Source: a virus
Taxonomy: Duplodnaviria > Caudoviricetes
Strand: one strand, 5' to 3'
DNA: 43,377 bases
IMG/VR virus record: IMGVR_UViG_3300038393_000502
Coordinates: 1-43,377 of that record
Both the position numbers and the translations under genes were made by a program. Below, one piece after another: positions 26,517 through 35,426 of the stretch. Numbering within the stretch: position 1 is the first letter of the stretch; each line of letters starts with the position of its first letter. The notes under the pieces are model-generated. The model saw only the letters and a list, made by a program, of their open reading frames with translations, searched no databases and had not been told where the DNA came from.

Positions 26517-28514
26517 TCACAGCACCCGCACCTTGCCGCCGGCCAGGTCGAGCCGGTTCGAGGCCTGGAGCGATTCTAGGGCACGCACTACGACCTCGCG
26601 CCGGCGGTCCCGCTTTCCGTCCCCAGGCGGGACCATTTGATTCACGCAGGCCTCGATCAGCGTATTGACCGGCACCTCCTCGTCGACCAGGCCGGCGAGA
26701 TCCTGCGCCACCTTGAGCACGACCTTTTCGTTGTCGCCCTTCGGATCCTTCTTCTGCTCCGCCTTAGGCAACGCTGCGGTGTGCCCGACCACGCAGCTGG
26801 TGATGTCCTCGCCCTCGTCATCCTGCCCGATCGATACGGTGTTCAGCCTGAAACCGAACTCCTGCCCCTCTTCGCCGTCCTTCTGCTTCGTGACCGTGGC
26901 GGCCCGGTGATCCTGCGCGCGCTCCACGGTGATCTCGACGTCGGCCGCGGCACGCAGGCCCGACCAGCCGCGTGCGCCCTTGGACAGGTCCTTGCCGACG
27001 TGGTGCACGAGGATCACGAGCGCGCCGGTCAGCTTGTGCAGCAGCTGGCAGTGCTTCACGACCTTGCCGCCGTCGACGCCGCCGTTCTCGTCCCCGCCGG
27101 GCATGACCTGGGCGTAGGTGTCGACGACGATCACGTCCAGCTTGCCGAACGTGCGCAGCGCGGCGACCACGGCTTTGACGTCGTCGGCCACGAGGAAGTT
27201 CGGAGCGTCCGGAATGACGCCGATGTCGAGAGACGCTGGATCGATGCCGTGGAAGCTCGTGTAGGCCTCGAGGCGGTTCCGGAAGCCGCCGGCGCCCTCC
27301 GCTGCAATCACGACCGCTCGGCCTTTCACGACCTTGCGGCCGCGCCACTCCAGGCCGCGCGCGATTGCGCCGATCAGGTCGAGCGCGAAGAACGTCTTGC
27401 CGGATCCGGACGCGCCCACGAGCAGCGCGAGCCCGGCGCGGGGCAGCACGCCCTTGACGATCCAGCCGGCGCGCCGGCGCTGCAGGAACTCGCCAGGGGA
27501 CAACACGCGGAAGCGCTCGCCCTTCATCGAATGGTCTGCCGGCGTCGCGCCGGCGGCCGCGGGCTCCGGCGGCAACGCGTCGAAGTCGTCCAGCGACAGC
27601 GGCGCCAGCTCGGCCGCGCGCGCCTTGCCCTTGCAGCAGTGTTCGCGCCACAGGTACAGGAGCGCGCGGTCGTGGTCCTGGCGCCGGTGGTCCAGCGCGA
27701 TCTCGAGCGCGTGCTCGCTGTTGACCAGCACGCTGAACACCTCGTCGTCAGCCAGGCCGGCCGTGTAGAGCGCCACCGCGGCGGAGAACAGCGCGCGCGA
27801 GCGGTCGCCGCTGTGCAGGCCTCCCGACAGGAAGTCGCGCACGGTGTGCGGCAGGCCCAGGCCGTCCAGATCCGGCAACAGCACGTCGTCCAGCACCTCG
27901 GGCATGTTCAGGTCGATCACGTCGGCCTTGCGCCGCTCCTTGGCGTAGCGTGTCTCCAGCGCCTTGAGCACGCCCTCACGCGGTGTGCGCACTTCCAGCG
28001 GCGCTCCGGCCAAGTGCTCGCCCGTCACGGTTAGGAAGCGCGCCTCGTTGCCGCCGTAGATCTCAATGCCCACGTCGTGGTTCACCCAGTCAGCGGCCAC
28101 CTCGCCGCGCACCATGACGCGCAGGCCGGTACCGGACGGGCTGACCTCGGTGTAGCTGTCCAGCTGGGCCACCACCTCGGCCGCCCACGGCGCCACCGCG
28201 CCGGCTTCGACGCAGTGGTCCAGGTCGACGCCCACGAACTCGTGCTGCCCCGTCATGCAGTAGCCGATGCCGGCGAATCGCTCGGGGCTGCGGCGGAAGG
28301 CGGCCAGGGCCATCTCGTAGCTGGCCCACTGCTCGGGCTTCGCCGAGCTGATGCCGTACTCGGGACGGTCGGCGCGGTGCGGCACCTTGTCGTATTTCTG
28401 TTTCTTGACGTTCCAGACGGCGCGCCAGGGCGCCCAGCGGCGCTGCTCGCGCAGCGCCTGCGGAATGGCGGACCCGTCGAACGGGCGGATTGGAGGCTTC
28501 TCGGCGGACGTCAC
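26517..28514 (-). CDS. Primase-polymerase (NrS-1-like) fused to RepA/AAA_25 helicase
   Basis: IPQALRE..RW..W, GVDLDHC, YTEVSPSGTGLR; GASGSGKT Walker A, IVVDT Walker B, LVHHVGKD..KGARG.S. Confidence 0.88.
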   Translation of the reverse strand: MTSAEKPPIRPFDGSAIPQALREQRRWAPWRAVWNVKKQKYDKVPHRADRPEYGISSAKPEQWASYEMALAAFRRSPERFAGIGYCMTGQHEFVGVDLDHCVEAGAVAPWAAEVVAQLDSYTEVSPSGTGLRVMVRGEVAADWVNHDVGIEIYGGNEARFLTVTGEHLAGAPLEVRTPREGVLKALETRYAKERRKADVIDLNMPEVLDDVLLPDLDGLGLPHTVRDFLSGGLHSGDRSRALFSAAVALYTAGLADDEVFSVLVNSEHALEIALDHRRQDHDRALLYLWREHCCKGKARAAELAPLSLDDFDALPPEPAAAGATPADHSMKGERFRVLSPGEFLQRRRAGWIVKGVLPRAGLALLVGASGSGKTFFALDLIGAIARGLEWRGRKVVKGRAVVIAAEGAGGFRNRLEAYTSFHGIDPASLDIGVIPDAPNFLVADDVKAVVAALRTFGKLDVIVVDTYAQVMPGGDENGGVDGGKVVKHCQLLHKLTGALVILVHHVGKDLSKGARGWSGLRAAADVEITVERAQDHRAATVTKQKDGEEGQEFGFRLNTVSIGQDDEGEDITSCVVGHTAALPKAEQKKDPKGDNEKVVLKVAQDLAGLVDEEVPVNTLIEACVNQMVPPGDGKRDRRREVVVRALESLQASNRLDLAGGKVRVL

Positions 28515-28526
28515 GTGTGGCGGTCC

Positions 28527-28775
28527 TTACCCGGCGAGCGTGTGACGGCGGACCCCGGTGATCCCGGGCGGCAGCTCTTCGGCCTTCTCGAGAAAGCCGC
28601 TGCCCTTCTGGCCGGTCGCCTTCGCGTACTCGACTTCCACCTTCGCTGAATTGACCATCACCTGGGACAGCTCGCCGATCATCTTCGCGCGATCGACCTC
28701 GAGCGTCCCGGCTTTCACGCCTTCAATCGTAGCGAACAGCAGCTCGCGCAGGTCATCGATGTTCTTCTTGGCCAT
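28527..28775 (-). CDS. Conserved-type small helical phage protein
   Basis: DDLRELLF.TIE...RAK.I.EL...VNSAKVEVEY; overlaps the upstream HNH gene. Confidence 0.72.
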   Translation of the reverse strand: MAKKNIDDLRELLFATIEGVKAGTLEVDRAKMIGELSQVMVNSAKVEVEYAKATGQKGSGFLEKAEELPPGITGVRRHTLAG

Positions 28776-29451
28776 GTTTCATCCTCTTGTTGATTTGTCG
28801 TGTCAGGACCGCCTTCAGCTGCACGATTTCGTTCAGCTCGGGCGGCAGGTTGTGGCGCGTATTGCGGCGCATGTTCTCGGCCAGGCTGATGCACTCCACC
28901 CGGTCGATCGTGATTTCCTCGAGGACGTTGGTGCGCATGCCAGGCTTGAACACGACGATGTGCTTCGCCGGCAGCAGGTCGTGCACACGGGTCCATACCA
29001 GCTCGTGCACGCCGCGCCAGCGCGCGCTGTTGTTGCCCTTATCGTTGCTCACCTTCTGCAGAAGCGTGCCGTCCTTGTCGAGTTTGGTGCTGCCGATCGG
29101 CAGCGTGTTGTGTGGCAGTTGGCCGGGTTTGAAGTGCGTGGCGCGGCATGCATCCTGCACGCCGGCGAGGCCCTTTGTGCCTTTGTTCCAGGGGACCAGC
29201 CCTTTTTGGAACCGCGTCGCGCGCATCGGGTGATCGGGCTTGGCTAACTGGCGCGCCGACTCGGCCGCGATGAATTCGGGCGTCTTGTGCAAGCCGAGGC
29301 TGTTGGCCTTGCGGTAGGTTGCATCGAGGGTCTGGCCAACCATGAAGGCCACGTCCTCGGTCTTGTAGTTCGGGTAGAGCAGGCGCAGCGTCTCGACCTG
29401 GTCATCGGTCCAGCTGGCGCGCGGTCTATTGATTCCTCGTGATTTCGTCAT
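28753..29451 (-). CDS. HNH-type endonuclease domain protein
   Basis: N-terminal WTDDQ..L helix motif, FQKGLVPWNKG, FKPGQLPHN, VHELVW...HIVVF...ISLAENMRRN. Confidence 0.8.
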   Translation of the reverse strand: MTKSRGINRPRASWTDDQVETLRLLYPNYKTEDVAFMVGQTLDATYRKANSLGLHKTPEFIAAESARQLAKPDHPMRATRFQKGLVPWNKGTKGLAGVQDACRATHFKPGQLPHNTLPIGSTKLDKDGTLLQKVSNDKGNNSARWRGVHELVWTRVHDLLPAKHIVVFKPGMRTNVLEEITIDRVECISLAENMRRNTRHNLPPELNEIVQLKAVLTRQINKRMKHGQEEHR

Positions 29452-29753
29452 ACTTCGAAACTCAGCTGCTCGACGTCGGCCACCCGGTTCATGCTGGCGC
29501 GCGCCAGGGTGAAGATCGCGTCAATCTGGTCTTTGGGATAGCACTTCATCTCGGCCGGCACCACTTTCAGGCCCAGGATGGCCAGCACGTGGCATGCGCG
29601 CTCCAGGTCGCTGCTCACGAACCGCGACATGGTCGCTTCCGAGACCTGCAGTTCTTCGGCCACTTGGCGCTGACCCACCGTAGCGGTGCGCTGCAAGGCA
29701 AGGGCATGGAACTTTCGTGCTCTTTCAATGACAGTAGTTGATACTCGGTTCAC
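29448..29753 (-). CDS. cII: CII-family transcriptional activator
   Basis: ARK...LQR...GQRQVAEELQVSEATMSR...LAILGLKVV; directly after cro. Confidence 0.8.
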   Translation of the reverse strand: MNRVSTTVIERARKFHALALQRTATVGQRQVAEELQVSEATMSRFVSSDLERACHVLAILGLKVVPAEMKCYPKDQIDAIFTLARASMNRVADVEQLSFEV

Positions 29754-30040
29754 GGTTCGGGCTCCTGACGTGGTCTTTTTCGACGATCTGCGAACTCACG
29801 GCGCTCGCGGAGGCTGCGACGGTCAACGGCGCCGCTGGCGTAGCGTTCGGGGTAGAAGACCTGAATTTCTGTCAGGGCGTAATCGAAGTATTTGCAAAGC
29901 GCCTCGGCCAGTTCCTTGGACGGGGTCTGCTCACCACGCTCCACTCGGGAGAGGTTGCCAGGATCGGTAGCGACGGCGTCCGCGACGGTCTTCAAGCTGA
30001 GGCCGCGTTTCTCACGGATCGCTCGCAGTGGTGAAATCAT
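29750..30040 (-). CDS. cro: Cro-like HTH repressor
   Basis: XRE HTH (LSLKTVADAVATDPGNLSRVERG); divergent from cI; GAGGA RBS. Confidence 0.85.
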   Translation of the reverse strand: MISPLRAIREKRGLSLKTVADAVATDPGNLSRVERGEQTPSKELAEALCKYFDYALTEIQVFYPERYASGAVDRRSLRERREFADRRKRPRQEPEP

Positions 30041-30061
30041 GGGTGTTTTCCTCTGGATATT

Positions 30062-30137
30062 TGCGTGGTACGCATATTATCCCGGCGGCAAAATTTGCGC
30101 AATACGCTTTGCGTGAGTCGCAAAATGCCGTCAAGAT
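30062..30137. promoter_or_regulatory. Immunity switch: three TGCG-N5-CGC(A/T) operators with divergent promoters
   Basis: Operators at 30062..30074, 30096..30108, 30110..30122; cro promoter TTGCGC-17-TAATAT (minus); cI promoter TTGCGT-17-CAAGAT (30109..30137), 7 nt before the ATG. Confidence 0.8.
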
Positions 30138-30144
30138 CAAGGGT

Positions 30145-30852
30145 ATGACTGTGGGCAAAAACATAAGACGGCTGCGCAAGCAGCAAGGATTGACCTTGAA
30201 CCAGCTCGCCACCGAGATCGGGAGCGACGTCGGGAATCTGTCACGCATCGAGCGCGGCGTGCAGGGGTACAGTGATCAAATCATCAACAAGATTGCCGGC
30301 GCGCTTAAGGTCCCTGTGGCCGAACTGTTCATCGACCCGGACATCGCACATATCAAGCCTAAAAACCCATCAGACGGCAAATGGAAAGAGCACTTTCCTT
30401 TTCTATTCGACGAAAACGTAGCGTCTGCTTTTATCGGAATGCGCCCGGTACCGGTGATATCGGCAGTGCAGGCGGGACAACTGAAGGATATGGAAAATCC
30501 ATATTCTCCGGGCGACGGTTACAGCATTGAATACACGGATCAAAAATTGTCGCGTTGGGCATTTGCATTAGAAGTTGAAGGCCAGTCGATGACTCCGATT
30601 TTTCAACCAGGCGACAGGATTATCGTCGATCCAGACATCGCGCCACAACCGGGTGATTATGTGATCGCGCGAAATGGAAGCGATCAGGCGACATTCAAAA
30701 AATATAGGCCGCGTGGAATAGATGAGAGGGGGAATATGGTTTTCGAGCTGGTCCCGCTCAATGACGACTACCCGACCATGCGCAGCGACACCGAACATCT
30801 GATCGTTATCGGCGTCGTGACAGAGCACAGGAAGAAGCTGAGAAGAGTCTAG
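30145..30852 (+). CDS. cI: CI repressor (HTH + S24 autopeptidase)
   Basis: HTH ...SDVGNLSRIERG; VQAG cleavage site; GQSM serine; TFKKY lysine. Confidence 0.95.
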   Translation: MTVGKNIRRLRKQQGLTLNQLATEIGSDVGNLSRIERGVQGYSDQIINKIAGALKVPVAELFIDPDIAHIKPKNPSDGKWKEHFPFLFDENVASAFIGMRPVPVISAVQAGQLKDMENPYSPGDGYSIEYTDQKLSRWAFALEVEGQSMTPIFQPGDRIIVDPDIAPQPGDYVIARNGSDQATFKKYRPRGIDERGNMVFELVPLNDDYPTMRSDTEHLIVIGVVTEHRKKLRRV

Positions 30853-30873
30853 AGCACAACGTAGGAGGCCGAA

Positions 30874-31185
30874 ATGCCCGACGAACGATATAGCAAAGCA
30901 GCTCTGCACGCTATGTACAACCAAGGGAAAGGAATTCTGTCACCACTCCGGTTTTCACAAAAGCAGACGACATACCAGTGGATCGGCTTCGGAATAGGCG
31001 CAATTGGGTCAACTATATGCCTGATGCTAATGGGTTTCAAGCTGAATGGGTGGCTTGAGTATTTGGCGCTTTCCGGCTCAGCCGTAATAGGAGTCGTGTG
31101 CGCGCTTATCGCAGGTAGTGTATTCGAAGCCAACTTCGTCTGTGACGAAACATTACAAGACCCACTTTTCCCATCTCGGCGATGA
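30874..31185 (+). CDS. Small two-TM membrane protein
   Basis: AGGAGG RBS; two hydrophobic segments; AT-richer than the flanks. Confidence 0.65.
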   Translation: MPDERYSKAALHAMYNQGKGILSPLRFSQKQTTYQWIGFGIGAIGSTICLMLMGFKLNGWLEYLALSGSAVIGVVCALIAGSVFEANFVCDETLQDPLFPSRR

Positions 31186-31517
31186 CGCCCCCATCTATTC
31201 GCGGCTCTAAACAGTTTCGCATTATCGTGGTCGGCGATGGCACCCAACAGGCCGCGATAATCAACTTAGTAGGTCCGCGCCGCCAGGAGCGACTACACAT
31301 CCAGGCGCGCGCCCAACTGGTGCTCCAGCCCGACCAGGTCGAAGTCTCGATCCAGGGTCAGCAGCTCGGCCACCTATCGCGCTCCGACACGCGAGCCCTT
31401 CACCGAATCGTCCGGTACGGGGAACGAAGCTCATACGAAACCTTCGACTGCGCCGCCCTGATCACCGGCACGGTCGGTGCGTACAGCGTCCGGGTCGACC
31501 TCCCTTTCGAAGACTGA
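31182..31517 (+). CDS. HIRAN-like domain protein
   Basis: IVVG...Q..I...AQLVLQP..VEVSIQGQQLGHLSR...CAALITG...VRVDLP; ATGA coupling. Confidence 0.55.
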   Translation: MTPPSIRGSKQFRIIVVGDGTQQAAIINLVGPRRQERLHIQARAQLVLQPDQVEVSIQGQQLGHLSRSDTRALHRIVRYGERSSYETFDCAALITGTVGAYSVRVDLPFED

Positions 31518-31545
31518 TCCCGATAGTTTGAGACGTACCACGTAA

Positions 31546-31569
31546 GCCCGCCTCTGCGCGGGCATTTTT
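31546..31569 (+). terminator. Intrinsic terminator of the cI transcript
   Basis: GCCCGC-CTCTGC-GCGGGC-ATTTTT. Confidence 0.8.
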
Positions 31570-31613
31570 ACGCCCTCTCATCGCCGCGAAAAAGTTCCGC
31601 TCGACCGCGAATT

Positions 31614-31650
31614 TGCGCTTGACGCATATTTTGTATATGCGTAATATGCA
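31614..31650 (+). promoter_or_regulatory. Early sigma70 promoter overlapped by two operators
   Basis: TTGACG(31619)-17-TAATAT(31642); TGCG-CTTGA-CGCA (31614..31626) and TGCG-TAATA-TGCA (31638..31650). Confidence 0.87.
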
Positions 31651-31687
31651 AATTACTGCAGCTCAACAACCCGAAAGGAACCCCGAC

Positions 31688-32122
31688 ATGTCTCTCGAGC
31701 AAGCCATTACCGATCACGCCGCCGCGCTGCGCGAGCTGGCGGCAGCAATCCGTGCCACGGTCGGCGCGCACGACACCACGGCGGCCGCTGCCGCGCACCA
31801 GGTGATCAATGACGCCAAGGCGCAGGCCACGACCGCGACGAAGCCGCAGGCCGCCGTCGTCACCAAGGACGTGGCAGAAGTCAAAACCGCCGCGACCGAG
31901 GAAAAAAAGCACGAGCAGCCGGCACCGACCTATGACACGGTGAAAACCAAAGTGCTGGAGCTGTCGAAGGAAAAAGGCCGCGACCAGGTGGTCGCGCTGC
32001 TGCAGCGCCACGGCGTGGCCAAGGCACCGGACCTGAAGGCCGAGCAGTACGCGGCCGTCATCGCCGATGTCGCCGCGATCCTGGCGGGCGACCTCGACGT
32101 CACCGCTGGGGAGCCGGCGTAA
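31688..32122 (+). CDS. Conserved-type early protein preceding DUF2800
   Basis: AAAGGA RBS; MSLEQAI...; C-terminal G.D.V..LL..HGV.K..DLK.EQY. Confidence 0.8.
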   Translation: MSLEQAITDHAAALRELAAAIRATVGAHDTTAAAAAHQVINDAKAQATTATKPQAAVVTKDVAEVKTAATEEKKHEQPAPTYDTVKTKVLELSKEKGRDQVVALLQRHGVAKAPDLKAEQYAAVIADVAAILAGDLDVTAGEPA

Positions 32123-32373
32123 TGTTCGGCCGGTCGCATTTTGCCGCGCTGGCGTCGCTGATCTTTGCGGCCGGCAGCCGCGCGCCATCTATCAAGAGCG
32201 GCCAGGTGGTCACTCGCGCAGGTCTGGCACGCGCTTTCTCGGCGCCGTACGGTCGGCGCATCGCGTGGATCGCCCCCAGCTACCCGCGCAAGGACCGCAT
32301 GCGCACCGCGGCCCAGCACAAGCGCGCCAGCAAGAAGGCCCGCAACGTTGCCAAGCATCGGAGGCACGCGTGA
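32122..32373 (+). CDS. Basic hypothetical protein
   Basis: TAATG coupling; AAQHKRASKKARN. Confidence 0.65.
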   Translation: MFGRSHFAALASLIFAAGSRAPSIKSGQVVTRAGLARAFSAPYGRRIAWIAPSYPRKDRMRTAAQHKRASKKARNVAKHRRHA

Positions 32374-32546
32374 AAGCGAACTCCTGCACCAAGGGCCCAA
32401 AGCACAAATGGACGCACGTCCGTGACGTGACCATCCGGGACATCAAGATGGGGCCGAGCGGCACCCGGGTGAAGCTCTCCGCACGCGGTGAATACGCGTG
32501 CGAGTGCGGCGCCAAGCGCCTCGGCCAGAGCAAAGGAGGCCTGTGA
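32370..32546 (+). CDS. Small putative Zn-binding protein (58 aa)
   Basis: GGAGG RBS, GTGA overlap; C....KHKW...CECG. Confidence 0.6.
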   Translation: MKANSCTKGPKHKWTHVRDVTIRDIKMGPSGTRVKLSARGEYACECGAKRLGQSKGGL

Positions 32547-34087
32547 TGTCCGAGCACGCCAAACTTTCCCCGTCCGGCGCGCACCGCTGGATGGCCTGCC
32601 CGGGCTCGCTGGCGATGGAAGCCGATCTGCCCGACACCAGCAGCGCATTCGCCGACGAGGGCACGCTGGCCCACGCGCTGGCTGCCCACTGCCTCGAGCA
32701 CGAGGAAGACGCGCGCCTCTACGATAACGCCGCGTTCGCCTACACGGACCACGGCGTCGACAAACAGGCCGTTATCAGTCGCGAAATGTGCGACTTTGTC
32801 CAGGTCTATATCGACCGGATCCGCCAGTACGCCGACGGCAACGAGCTGATGGTCGAGCAGCGCCTCGAGTTCAGCAGCTATGTCGACGTGCCGGGCCAGT
32901 TCGGCACCAGCGACGCGGTCATCCTGGCCACCGACGAGATCCAGGTGCACGACCTGAAGTACGGCCGCGGCGTCAAGGTCGATGCGTTCGAGCTCGAGAA
33001 CGGTCTGGAGATGGGCCCGAACAAGCAGATGGCGCTGTACGCCCTGGGCGCGCTCGACACCTTCGGCCCGCTGGGTGACTTCAAGCGGATCCGCATGGTG
33101 ATCCACCAGCCGCGCCTGCAGCACATTTCCGAATGGGACTGCAGCGTCGAGGATCTGCTGGCCTTCGGCGAGCGCGCGAAGGTGGCCGCCCATGCCGCAC
33201 TGGCCGGCGACGGCGATCTGGTACCGGGCGAAAGCCAATGCCGCTTCTGCAAGGCCAAAGGAACCTGCCCGGCGCTGCGCGAGCAGGTGCTGGAGACCGT
33301 CGCCGGTGACTTCGTCGACCTGACGAAGGGCGAGATCGCGGTCAGTGTCGTGGACGCCGAGGCGATCCTGGCGCAGGCCTACGGCGTCGAGCGGAAGAAC
33401 GTCGACTTCGAGCTGGACGCCGCCGGCGCGCAGGCGCGGTTCGTCATCAAGAAGCCGAACATCGCACCCCAGCTGGACGGCGCGGAGGAGCGCGTCACAT
33501 CGCTGGATGACCTCGACCTGGCCACATGCATGGACGCCGTCGACATGATCGAGGGCTGGTGCAAGGGCGTCCGCGCCGAGGTCGAGCGCCGCCTGCTGGC
33601 CGGTACGTTCAGCGACGGCCGCTACAAGCTGGTCGAGGGCCGCGCCGGCGCCCGCGCGTGGGCCGACCCGGCCGAGGCCGAGAAGCTCCTCAAGTCCTTC
33701 CGCCTGAAGCAGGACGAAATGTACGACTTCACCCTGATCAGCCCCACCACCGCCGAGAAGGTGCTGGCCGCCGCGTCGCCGAAGCGCTGGGCCAAGGCGC
33801 AAGCCCTGATCCGCCGTTCCGACGGCAAGCCGTCGGTGGCGCCCGCCGCTGACAAACGCCCGGCGCTGGCCATCAAGCCGGCCATCGACGACTTCGACGT
33901 GATCGACGAAGGTGTACATCCAGTCGCGCTCAACCACCCGGCGCTGAACGCTGCCGCCGAGGCGACCGCCACCGGCGGCCCGACGCCTGAGCAGATCGCC
34001 CAGATCGAGGCCGGCATGGCCGCGCACCAGGCGGCGCTCGCAGTGCCCGTCGTCGATGAAGACGAAGCCGTGGACGATCTTGTATGA
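32546..34087 (+). CDS. DUF2800 (Cas4-like PD-(D/E)xK) exonuclease
   Basis: [18 protein letters not shown]; EGTLAH; VEQR; GTSD; DLKYG.G; QM.LYALG; CRFCKAK..C. Confidence 0.9.
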   Translation: MSEHAKLSPSGAHRWMACPGSLAMEADLPDTSSAFADEGTLAHALAAHCLEHEEDARLYDNAAFAYTDHGVDKQAVISREMCDFVQVYIDRIRQYADGNELMVEQRLEFSSYVDVPGQFGTSDAVILATDEIQVHDLKYGRGVKVDAFELENGLEMGPNKQMALYALGALDTFGPLGDFKRIRMVIHQPRLQHISEWDCSVEDLLAFGERAKVAAHAALAGDGDLVPGESQCRFCKAKGTCPALREQVLETVAGDFVDLTKGEIAVSVVDAEAILAQAYGVERKNVDFELDAAGAQARFVIKKPNIAPQLDGAEERVTSLDDLDLATCMDAVDMIEGWCKGVRAEVERRLLAGTFSDGRYKLVEGRAGARAWADPAEAEKLLKSFRLKQDEMYDFTLISPTTAEKVLAAASPKRWAKAQALIRRSDGKPSVAPAADKRPALAIKPAIDDFDVIDEGVHPVALNHPALNAAAEATATGGPTPEQIAQIEAGMAAHQAALAVPVVDEDEAVDDLV

Positions 34088-34293
34088 GCGACTACGTCCA
34101 CACACTCCTCCCGCCCGAGGTGCAAGAGGCCCTGATGAAGGCCGCGCGCACCCCTGGCACCGATCGCGATCGCCGCATCGCGATCGACAAGGCGACCCGC
34201 CTTGCACGCATCACGAAACCCACTCTTTTTAAGGATGAAAATCATGAAGATCAAACTTTCGAATGTCCGTCTTTCCTTTCCCGATCTGTTTGA
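34084..34293 (+). CDS. Small hypothetical protein
   Basis: ATGA overlap with the DUF2800 stop; fills the gap, overlaps the next gene by 50 nt. Confidence 0.55.
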   Translation: MSDYVHTLLPPEVQEALMKAARTPGTDRDRRIAIDKATRLARITKPTLFKDENHEDQTFECPSFLSRSV

Positions 34294-34795
34294 AGCGACG
34301 ACCGTGAACGGCGAAGGCACGCCGTCGTTCGGCGCCACGTTCCTGATCGACCCCGCTGACCCGCAGGTGAAGACCATCAACGCCGCCATCAACCAGGTCG
34401 CAAAGGACAAATGGGGCGCGAAGGCCGAGGCCATCCTCAAGCAGATGCGCGCCGCCGACAAGGTCTGCCTGCACGACGGCGATACGAAGAGCCAGTACCA
34501 AGGTTACGAGGGCATGCTGTTCGTCGCCTCGCGCTCGAAGACGCGCCCGCTGGTGATCGACCGCGACAAGTCGCCGCTGACGGCCGAGGACGGCAAGCCG
34601 TATTCGGGCTGCTACGTGAACTGCAGCCTGGAGCTGTGGGCGCAGGACAACAGCTACGGCAAGCGCATCAACGCCCAGCTCGGCGGCGTCCAGTTCTTCA
34701 AAGACGGCGATGCGTTCTCGGGCGGCGGCTCGGCGGCGGACGCCGACGACTTCGACGAGATCACCGAAGGCGCCGACGCCGAAAGCTTGGTGTAA
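34244..34795 (+). CDS. DUF2815 single-stranded DNA-binding protein (T7 gp2.5-like)
   Basis: NVRLSFP.LF; LHDGD; YSGCYVN; GGVQF.KDGD.F; acidic tail. Confidence 0.9.
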   Translation: MKIKLSNVRLSFPDLFEATTVNGEGTPSFGATFLIDPADPQVKTINAAINQVAKDKWGAKAEAILKQMRAADKVCLHDGDTKSQYQGYEGMLFVASRSKTRPLVIDRDKSPLTAEDGKPYSGCYVNCSLELWAQDNSYGKRINAQLGGVQFFKDGDAFSGGGSAADADDFDEITEGADAESLV

Positions 34796-34822
34796 CCCCT
34801 CATCCAACCACGAAAGCACGAC

Positions 34823-35188
34823 ATGAAAACCGAAGAAAAACTGCAAGCCCTGGGCAAGACCGCGCCGCGCATCACGCCGGCCGACATCGAGGCGAACATC
34901 ACGCACGAGTTCTACTTCACCGCGGAAGGCGGCATGCAGTCCGCCAGCGCTGTCGAAGTGTGGCACAGGGACGAGCCTGAAGACACGCCGCTGCCTGGCG
35001 CTCTGTCCCTGCTGACCTTCTGCGTGCTGGTCCTGCGCAATGGCTTCACCGTCACCGGTGAGAGCGCGTGCGCCAGCCCGGAGAACTTCGACGCTGAGAT
35101 CGGCCGCGAGATCGCCCGTGAAAACGCGGTGCGCAAGATCTGGCCGCTCATGGGTTACGAGCTGCGCACCAAGCTGGCGGCCGCGTAA
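34823..35188 (+). CDS. Gp49 (N4 gp49/Sf6 gp66) family protein; candidate nucleotide sponge
   Basis: TAPRITP.DI...LTFCVLVLRNGFTVTGESACASPENFDAEIG..IARENA..KIWPLMGY. Confidence 0.87.
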   Translation: MKTEEKLQALGKTAPRITPADIEANITHEFYFTAEGGMQSASAVEVWHRDEPEDTPLPGALSLLTFCVLVLRNGFTVTGESACASPENFDAEIGREIARENAVRKIWPLMGYELRTKLAAA

Positions 35189-35421
35189 TGGCACTCGTCG
35201 TCATCACCGTGCAGGACACGGAAAACGGCGCCGTCGTCAGCCTGGCCAGCGAACCGCTGATGAACATGTCGGCGCTGCCGGCCGGCAAGGCCCAAGAGCT
35301 GGCGCACCTGATGCTGGGCGCGCTGCCGATGAACACGCCGCAGGAGGCCGCGGCGGCGCCGGCCGCGCAGGAGGAAGGGACATCGGCCGACGCCGACGCC
35401 GACGTGCAGTTCCCCATGTAG
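35188..35421 (+). CDS. Small hypothetical protein
   Basis: TAATG coupling; MA.V.ITVQD start. Confidence 0.65.
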   Translation: MALVVITVQDTENGAVVSLASEPLMNMSALPAGKAQELAHLMLGALPMNTPQEAAAAPAAQEEGTSADADADVQFPM

Positions 35422-35426
35422 CCCCT

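Noticed and set aside
32546-34087. Cas4-like nuclease suggesting CRISPR-Cas
   Set aside because: It is the ordinary DUF2800 phage exonuclease; no cas genes or repeat-spacer array seen in the window.
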